Below, piece by piece: positions 58,102-64,000 of a stretch of 64,000 nt of DNA (within the stretch, counting starts at the first letter, position 1; every line of letters begins with the position of its first letter). A program made the position numbers and the translations under genes. The DNA is taken from assembly GCA_910589085.1 (NCBI GenBank), contig CAJUSG010000001.1, positions 15,708 to 79,707 of the forward strand, written 5' to 3'. The stretch comes from an uncultured Oscillospiraceae bacterium. GTDB lineage: Bacteria; Bacillota; Clostridia; Oscillospirales; Oscillospiraceae. The notes under the pieces were generated by a model, which saw only the letters and a list, made by a program, of their open reading frames with translations, was not told the origin of the DNA and did no database searches.

Positions 58102-58545
58102 TTACTTCCATTGTTCCCGGTTGCTGCCGGTCTCATAGCTCAAGGGAGCGGTATGGGGATAATCCTCCGCCGGCTTTTTGTGCTTCAGAGCCCAGGCCCG
58201 CGACGGAACGTAGAGAAGCGCTTCAAATTCCATGTTCCATATCTCCTTTGCTCCCCCCTGCTTCACCTTCTCATAGTAGCTGGGTCCATTAACCAGAGCC
58301 ACACAGCGGGAGTACAAAAAAGAATCGTCGCTCATAAGGGGCTCCGCTTTTTCACATTGAGCCGCCAGCGCTTGGGTGTCCAGACCGTACAGGAGCTCAG
58401 ACATGAGGTCGTCGAACTGAAAAATCCTGTCGTCCTCCTGCTGCGCCAGATACCGGATGACAGGCCTCAGTACCTGGCCGTCGTCTCCCTCATGGGACCA
58501 GTCGCACAGCTCCATGGTATCCCAGAAAAATTGAAATTTGTTCAT
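58102..58545 (-). CDS. DUF4240-like protein
   Basis: MNKFQFFW, SDDSFLYSRC..L..G, FEALLYV, SYETGSN. Confidence 0.75.
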   Translation of the reverse strand: MNKFQFFWDTMELCDWSHEGDDGQVLRPVIRYLAQQEDDRIFQFDDLMSELLYGLDTQALAAQCEKAEPLMSDDSFLYSRCVALVNGPSYYEKVKQGGAKEIWNMEFEALLYVPSRAWALKHKKPAEDYPHTAPLSYETGSNREQWK

Positions 58546-59402
58546 AGCGCTCCTCCCGTCTCCGACGGTTCCGTGTGGCGGGCCAGCATCACATTGTACA
58601 GCACCACGCTGCCCACCACCACCATGGCTCCCATCAGAGCGATGGGGCCGATCATCTCGTGGTAGAACACCGCCACCAGAATGGGGTTGAGCACCGGCTC
58701 GATGCCGGAGACCAGACTGGCGGTAACGGGTGAAGTGGTTTTCAGGCCCTCCACCATCAAAATATAGGCCAGGGCCACCTGGAATACCCCCAGCACCAGC
58801 AGGGCGATCAAGATATTTTTGGAGAAATCCGTTTCGTACCCCAGATAGGGCAGGCCAACCACCGCGCTGATGACATCTCCCCAAAAGACGGAGGAGATGG
58901 GGTCGCTGTCCGGCATGTCATTCATCAGGAACACGCCAGCGTAGGATATCCCGGACAACAGAGCCAGGACATTGCCCAGCATCCCCCCTGCCGACAGGCT
59001 GTCGATGAAGAACAGCAGCACACCGCCCAGCACCAGCCCGCAGGCCAGCATATCCAGCCTTTTGGGACGTTTGCCGAAAAAGAGGATGGAGAACAGAATG
59101 ACAAAGATGGGCGCGGTGAACTGGAGTACAATAGCGTTTGCGGCGGTGGTCAGCTTGTTGGCAATGGAAAACAGGATATTGGTGCCGCAGACAGCCAGCG
59201 CTCCCACCAGAACCCAGAGGTTCATCCGGGGTCTGTGATTGGTCAGCCTGAGATACAGGCCAATGACCACCAGAGCGATCGCGGTGCGGCCGCCGTTGAT
59301 GGCCATGCCGCTCCAGGGGATGAGCTTAATGCACAGTCCCCCAATGCTGTACAGTACAGCGGCCAGGAACACACACAGCGTTCCTCTTTGACGCGCTGAC
59401 AA
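58542..59402 (-). CDS. DMT/EamA family transporter
   Basis: Ten-TM pattern, NAIVLQFTAP, IEPVLNP. Confidence 0.85.
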   Translation of the reverse strand: MSARQRGTLCVFLAAVLYSIGGLCIKLIPWSGMAINGGRTAIALVVIGLYLRLTNHRPRMNLWVLVGALAVCGTNILFSIANKLTTAANAIVLQFTAPIFVILFSILFFGKRPKRLDMLACGLVLGGVLLFFIDSLSAGGMLGNVLALLSGISYAGVFLMNDMPDSDPISSVFWGDVISAVVGLPYLGYETDFSKNILIALLVLGVFQVALAYILMVEGLKTTSPVTASLVSGIEPVLNPILVAVFYHEMIGPIALMGAMVVVGSVVLYNVMLARHTEPSETGGAL

Positions 59403-59482
59403 AACAATCACTTCCTTGCAAAAAGCCCTCCGCCCGAAGCTCGGACAGAGGGCCGCCGTATTGACACACTCTACCACATTTT

Positions 59483-60277
59483 TCACCCGTTGTCAACCGG
59501 GAAATCCGAAGGTTTTTTTGTCTTTTTCGGCACTGTCCTGCGGTAAAGCCAACCCAGGATGTTGCCCGCCAGCGCGGGAACAGCCACCATAAAACAGTGG
59601 AACAGGGCGGTATAGTTGTAAACCAGAAACACCATAGGCAGATAGCACCCAAAGCAGGCCGACGGATAGAGGGGACATACCCCCTGCCGCTTGCCCAGAG
59701 ACAGTCCGGAGCAGAAGCCCGCCACCGGGAGCATAATATAGGGCAGAAGAAATCCGGACAGCACTGGCACGTCGGCCACTGCCACGTGGTCAATCCAATT
59801 CAGCAGCGGAGGTAGTATATCGCACAGCAGTAGAACGAAGGGCAGATAAGGCAGTGTTTCCCGCCATTTCAGGGGCGACGGACCGGGCGCCAGCCCCAGC
59901 AGGGCGCGCAGCTGCACAACCTCCATATACCAGCCGATCCACCGGCCCAGCCAGACCAGACCATACATCAACACCAGCATCCCCATCCAGAGCACCCATG
60001 CCCGTCCGTCCCGCAGCTCCAGGCACAGCCACAGGATCAGGAAGACCTCCAAAGCGGTGAGTCCCAGGTGAAACAGAGAGCGGCGCAGAAGGGTAGGCCC
60101 GTCGTCGGCAAAGGGTAGCGTGGCGGCGCCCAGAGTGGCGCCCAGGGCGATACACAGCAGACAGGTCACAGGTGACGGGCTGCGAGTGTTCATCAGATAG
60201 GGCACCACCGCAAGGCTGAACAGCAGACCCAGTCCGCCGCCAATCAAAATACGAATCAGCCATTTATTCTCTCTCAT
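59483..60277 (-). CDS. DUF3021-like multi-pass membrane protein
   Basis: Multi-TM; coupled to the LytTR gene. Confidence 0.6.
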   Translation of the reverse strand: MRENKWLIRILIGGGLGLLFSLAVVPYLMNTRSPSPVTCLLCIALGATLGAATLPFADDGPTLLRRSLFHLGLTALEVFLILWLCLELRDGRAWVLWMGMLVLMYGLVWLGRWIGWYMEVVQLRALLGLAPGPSPLKWRETLPYLPFVLLLCDILPPLLNWIDHVAVADVPVLSGFLLPYIMLPVAGFCSGLSLGKRQGVCPLYPSACFGCYLPMVFLVYNYTALFHCFMVAVPALAGNILGWLYRRTVPKKTKKPSDFPVDNG

Positions 60278-60732
60278 GGTCCCCTCCTCCTTCCTAAATT
60301 CAAGGTCTCCTTAATTTTTTTCATATACCGCCGGGACACATAGGCGTATACCGCTCCGTCCAGGGTCATACGGATGGTGCCCGACAGGGACAGATCCACT
60401 GCGGTGACCCGGTCCAGATTGACAATCTCTCCGTTGGAAATACGGACGAATCGGGCGGCATCCAGCCGCTCCTCCAGCTCATAGAGCCTCAGCCGGACGG
60501 TGTAGGTCTCCTCTGCGGTCTGAGCGGATACCCCCTTTCCGTCGGCGTAGAAGCGGAGAAATACGCCCTGCGGGAGGAACAGCTTCTCCTCTCCCCTAAT
60601 CACCGGAACGGGTCCAAGGGCCAGTTTGGACAGGCTGGCCGCAAGCTGGCGAAGCTCGCCGCTCTCCTCCCCCGCCAGAATGACCAGCTTAGGCTCCTGC
60701 CGGCCAGGCTCTACCCTGATTTCCACCTCCAT
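60274..60732 (-). CDS. LytTR DNA-binding domain regulator
   Basis: RLYELEE.L...FVRISNGEIVN, VSRRY; no receiver domain. Confidence 0.88.
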   Translation of the reverse strand: MEVEIRVEPGRQEPKLVILAGEESGELRQLAASLSKLALGPVPVIRGEEKLFLPQGVFLRFYADGKGVSAQTAEETYTVRLRLYELEERLDAARFVRISNGEIVNLDRVTAVDLSLSGTIRMTLDGAVYAYVSRRYMKKIKETLNLGRRRGP

Positions 60733-60794
60733 GAACCGTCCCCCCTCTCCTGCTCACAGTATAGCGTCTCTCCCCTGTCCTGTCCACAGCTTTT

Positions 60795-60832
60795 GGATAG
60801 TCGGTCATTTTTTCCGGATAGTCGGTCGTTTT
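60795..60832. promoter_or_regulatory. LytTR-type direct repeats
   Basis: GGATAGTCGGTC(A/G)TTTT twice with a 21-nt period, upstream of a minus-strand TATACT (60758-60763). Confidence 0.7.
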
Positions 60833-60878
60833 GCCGTTGACAGATGGCTGAACATAGGCTAAAATAGCAGAGGTATTT

Positions 60879-60955
60879 GCCTCCGTAGCTCAGCAGGATA
60901 GAGCGTCCGCCTCCTAAGCGGAAGGTCACGCGTTCGAATCGCGTCGGGGGTGCCA
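60879..60955 (+). tRNA. tRNA-Arg (anticodon CCT)
   Basis: Cloverleaf, GTTCGAATC T-arm, encoded CCA; promoter TTGACA-17-TAAAAT at 60837-60865. Confidence 0.95.
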
Positions 60956-60991
60956 AAAGCCCGCTGGAACGTTTTGTTCCAGCGGGCTTTT
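60956..60991. terminator. Bidirectional terminator
   Basis: aaagcccgctggaac/gttccagcgggcttt. Confidence 0.8.
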
Positions 60992-61033
60992 GCTGTTTAT
61001 GGGTTCGGCCCACAGGGCAATCATGGAGACAGC

Positions 61034-62011
61034 TCAGCGCTTGTCCTTTTTGCTGTGCCGGTCCTCGTCGATCTCGTAGGCCTTGATGATCTTCTGCACC
61101 AGGGCGTGGCGTACCACGTCGGACTCGTTGAGGCGGAGGATGGCGATATCCTCCACCCCCTTCAGCACCCGCATGGCCTCCCGCAGTCCAGACACCTTGT
61201 CGGCAGGCAGGTCGATCTGGGTGATGTCGCCGGTGATGACAATTTTGGACCCAAAGCCCAGCCGGGTGAGGAACATCTTCATCTGTTCCCGGCTGGTGTT
61301 CTGCGCCTCGTCCAGAATAATGAAGGAGTCGTCCAGTGTACGTCCCCGCATGTAGGCCAGGGGGGCCACCTCAATATTGCCCCGCTCCAGATATTTCTGA
61401 TAGGTATCCGGGCCGAGCATCTCAAAGAGGGCATCATACAGCGGGCGCAGATAGGGGTCCACCTTGCTTTGAAGATCGCCGGGCAGGAAGCCAAGCCGTT
61501 CCCCCGCCTCCACCGCCGGACGGGTGAGGATGATCCGGTTGATCTCCTTGGCCCGGAAGGCGGCCACGGCGGCGGCCACAGCCAGATACGTCTTGCCCGT
61601 GCCGGCGGGGCCTACTCCCACGGTGACCACGTTGTTTTTAATGGCCTCCATATACTTTTTCTGGCCCAGGGTTTTGGCCTTGATGGGCTTGCCCTTGGCG
61701 GTGATGCAGATGACATCTCCGGCCAACTGAACGATCTGCCCCTCTTTGCCCTCACGAATCAGCTGAACGATATAGCGTACATTCTGCTCGTTGATGGTCT
61801 CCCCCTTGGAGGCCAGGGTCATCAGATTTTCAATGGCCTTGACGGCATGCATAACCCCCTCCGGGTCCTCCCCCGCTACCTTGAGAAGGGAGTCCCGGCT
61901 CACCACTGTGACCTCCATCTCCCGTTCAATGATGCGGATATTTTCGTCGAAGGAGCCAAACACATTGATGGTCTCCTCCAAGCGCTCCAAGCTGATGGTC
62001 TGTTCTGTCAT
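61034..62011 (-). CDS. phoH: PhoH family ATPase
   Basis: GPAGTGKT, RPAVEAGE, YMRGRT, LDEAQN. Confidence 0.93.
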   Translation of the reverse strand: MTEQTISLERLEETINVFGSFDENIRIIEREMEVTVVSRDSLLKVAGEDPEGVMHAVKAIENLMTLASKGETINEQNVRYIVQLIREGKEGQIVQLAGDVICITAKGKPIKAKTLGQKKYMEAIKNNVVTVGVGPAGTGKTYLAVAAAVAAFRAKEINRIILTRPAVEAGERLGFLPGDLQSKVDPYLRPLYDALFEMLGPDTYQKYLERGNIEVAPLAYMRGRTLDDSFIILDEAQNTSREQMKMFLTRLGFGSKIVITGDITQIDLPADKVSGLREAMRVLKGVEDIAILRLNESDVVRHALVQKIIKAYEIDEDRHSKKDKR

Positions 62012-62072
62012 GGGTAGATGATCTCCTTGCTTTTGGTCAAAATCTTCTGTAGGGGCCGGTCAGAGGCAGCCC

Positions 62073-63293
62073 TTACGGCTTTTCCGGCAACTCCCCTGTC
62101 CCCGGCCGCTCTGCACCGATTTCCTCCAGACACTGGGCAGTAAGGGTAACCTCCAGCGCCCCGCCGGTTACCCGGGCGGAAAACTGAGCCGTTTCCACCT
62201 CGCCGTCCTCGCTAATCAGGGTCTCCAGCTGCTTCAGCAGCTGTGCCTCCAGCAGAGACTGCGCGGCAGCTTGGTCAACCTCCAAGGTCCGGGGCTGATA
62301 CTCTCGGGCGGTCTCCCGACTCAAGGACAGGGGCAGCCGTGCCCCTCCGGGCAGTGCCGCCTGGTGTACTGTGGTTATTTTATCATACATTGCCCACGAA
62401 ATGCTAGTCTTTCCAAAAATTTTAACCCGCCGTCCAAAAAAATTTAATGACCACACACTGGTTTCCCCGCCTGTGTAGTTCTTCACGGTGGTTTCTACCG
62501 GAATGGCTGCGGTGAGCACCCGCCACGTCCGGGCCCAGACCCGGCCCCGGGCGTGGGTTGGGTAGTACCGATTAGGCAGATCACTGTATTTGGGCGGCTC
62601 CATTGTGACGGTCCCTGAGATCAGAATATCCCCCTTGGCTACCACATCCCCCTCCTGGACCATCGCGTCCCCCTGCTCCGGTTCAACATGGGTGATGACT
62701 CCGTCGGCTTTGGAGACAATATCAAAAAGGCCCGATTCGTCCAGACGCTCCGGCGTCTCAATCACCTCCCGAACGATGACTTCCAGCCGGGTGCCATGGA
62801 GATTAAGGGCCATCCAGGACAGGTCATCCAGCGCCAGAAGGGCCTCCTGCGCCAGCTGTTTGCGCTCAAGTGACGGCCCGTATACCCCCGGGTACACCCC
62901 TAATTGGCGCAGCTGACTCAAAATGACAGCGGTGGGCACCCGCTCATTTCCCTTCACCTCGATGGTGAGCACGAACCGGGAGAGAAAACCGACTGCGCAC
63001 AGGGCGAAGACCATGCCTGCCAGAAAGGCGTACCGGGTACGGAACCGGCTGAGGAAATCCGGCAGTCCCCGGCTGGCCTCCCGCTCCACCGTACAGCCAG
63101 CCTTTTGTGACAGAACAGCCAGCCGGCTCAGCGCGCGGCGTCTGGCGACAAAGCGGACGGTGTGTTCATCCAGCCACTCCATGGCCCAGAAATCGATGTT
63201 CTCCTGGGCGCACAGGTTAATCAAACGCTCCGGAAAAAGTCCCTCCACTCTGATTGTGACCATCCCCCGGACCAAGTTCATCAGCTTCCTCAT
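62073..63293 (-). CDS. yqfD: Sporulation protein YqfD
   Basis: yqfC-yqfD-phoH synteny; VAKGDILISG. Confidence 0.85.
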   Translation of the reverse strand: MRKLMNLVRGMVTIRVEGLFPERLINLCAQENIDFWAMEWLDEHTVRFVARRRALSRLAVLSQKAGCTVEREASRGLPDFLSRFRTRYAFLAGMVFALCAVGFLSRFVLTIEVKGNERVPTAVILSQLRQLGVYPGVYGPSLERKQLAQEALLALDDLSWMALNLHGTRLEVIVREVIETPERLDESGLFDIVSKADGVITHVEPEQGDAMVQEGDVVAKGDILISGTVTMEPPKYSDLPNRYYPTHARGRVWARTWRVLTAAIPVETTVKNYTGGETSVWSLNFFGRRVKIFGKTSISWAMYDKITTVHQAALPGGARLPLSLSRETAREYQPRTLEVDQAAAQSLLEAQLLKQLETLISEDGEVETAQFSARVTGGALEVTLTAQCLEEIGAERPGTGELPEKP

Positions 63294-63302
63294 AATGGCC
63301 CC

Positions 63303-63584
63303 CTAAACCAGCGTGATTTGAGAAACTTTCCCTGTAATCAGCAGTTCTAATCCCGTCATGGCCCGCAGCTCCAGGCCCTGACCAGAAACTTTAATCAGAC
63401 AGGTCCCGCCGCTGATGTGGATCTCCTCCTGGCCGTAGGATAAGATGCCCTTGTGGTTTTCCACCCGCAGCTCCGTGTCCCCCACCAGCTCCAGCTTGGG
63501 CAGACCGGCTACCGCATCCGCCGGAAGGTCAAATACCTCCGCCGTCCGCTCCAAAAATCCAATACGCCGGGGCTTTTGTGACAT
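63303..63584 (-). CDS. yqfC: YabP/YqfC sporulation protein
   Basis: DLPAD...LP, VENHKGIL.Y. Confidence 0.85.
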   Translation of the reverse strand: MSQKPRRIGFLERTAEVFDLPADAVAGLPKLELVGDTELRVENHKGILSYGQEEIHISGGTCLIKVSGQGLELRAMTGLELLITGKVSQITLV

Positions 63585-63639
63585 AGCAATCACCTCTCCC
63601 CTATCTATATGACGGGGAGAGGTGAAACTTTCTGCCTTT

Positions 63640-64000
63640 TTAGCTGTAGACCAGGGGCTCGTAATCCTCATATACCCGCTCCCTCCCCCGGACCAGGGGG
63701 CCGTGGTAGACATAATAACTCCAGTGGGGGTCCATAAATCCATCATCCACCTCCAGCAGTAGCTGGTCTTGGTATTCCACTACCCGCTCGTCGTCTCCGC
63801 AGGCAAAGATGAGCATCATCGGCCCCATCCACAGGGAGACCAGCAGGAGCAGAGAGCCAAAGAACAGTGCTGCCGCCTTAGCCCCCCGCCGCAGAAAGCG
63901 GTTGGAACCCGGCCTGTTCAGGGGCAGGAAGCAGGCCAGGGTAAACAAAACTCCCAGCCAGCCGCTGACCAGCATCACGCCGAACAGCACCACCTCCGGC
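63640..64000 (-). CDS. Membrane hypothetical protein (5' partial)
   Basis: Open to the window edge; TM segments. Confidence 0.55.
   Translation of the reverse strand, partial: PEVVLFGVMLVSGWLGVLFTLACFLPLNRPGSNRFLRRGAKAAALFFGSLLLLVSLWMGPMMLIFACGDDERVVEYQDQLLLEVDDGFMDPHWSYYVYHGPLVRGRERVYEDYEPLVYS

Noticed and set aside
60879..60955. tRNA-Arg as an occupied integration site
   Set aside because: No integrase or duplicated 3' end nearby; a terminator follows directly
1..64000. CRISPR array, rRNA, prophage or IS transposase
   Set aside because: No repeat-spacer periodicity or corresponding genes seen

Overview
This is a chromosomal segment of a GC-rich Clostridia genome; gene content and style suggest Oscillospiraceae (inference). 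The left edge (1-~1710) is the end of a nested mobile element: an AT-rich SMC/ABC-ATPase gene end interrupting a TnpX-like serine recombinase. The rest is mostly housekeeping and sporulation genes: oadB/oadG-like, ylbJ, rarA, tmcAL, ackA, nusB-xseAB-ispA-dxs-tlyA-nadK-argR-recN, leuCD..leuB, purB, cls, wecB, trpS, gltX, xerC-like, tyrS, tRNA-Arg, phoH, yqfCD. Gene orientation changes from mostly + to mostly - across ~40-55 kb, which suggests the replication terminus, and a dif-like site candidate lies upstream of the Xer recombinase. The most striking unannotated signal is a ~300-nt module present twice (1807-2158 +, 7886-8207 -) in front of two secreted/surface proteins with near-identical signal peptides. 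Each copy has a sigma-A promoter, a long leader with an intrinsic terminator and alternative pairings, and an internal antisense sigma-A promoter predicted to make a ~90-nt three-hairpin RNA. It is a candidate antisense-RNA attenuation system for a surface-protein family. Other items: a yybP-ykoY-like riboswitch on oadB, a hidden Cys-rich ORF with a probable ATC start, a WalR-type box, LytTR repeats and a REP-like element. All calls come from reading the sequence by eye; no searches were run.
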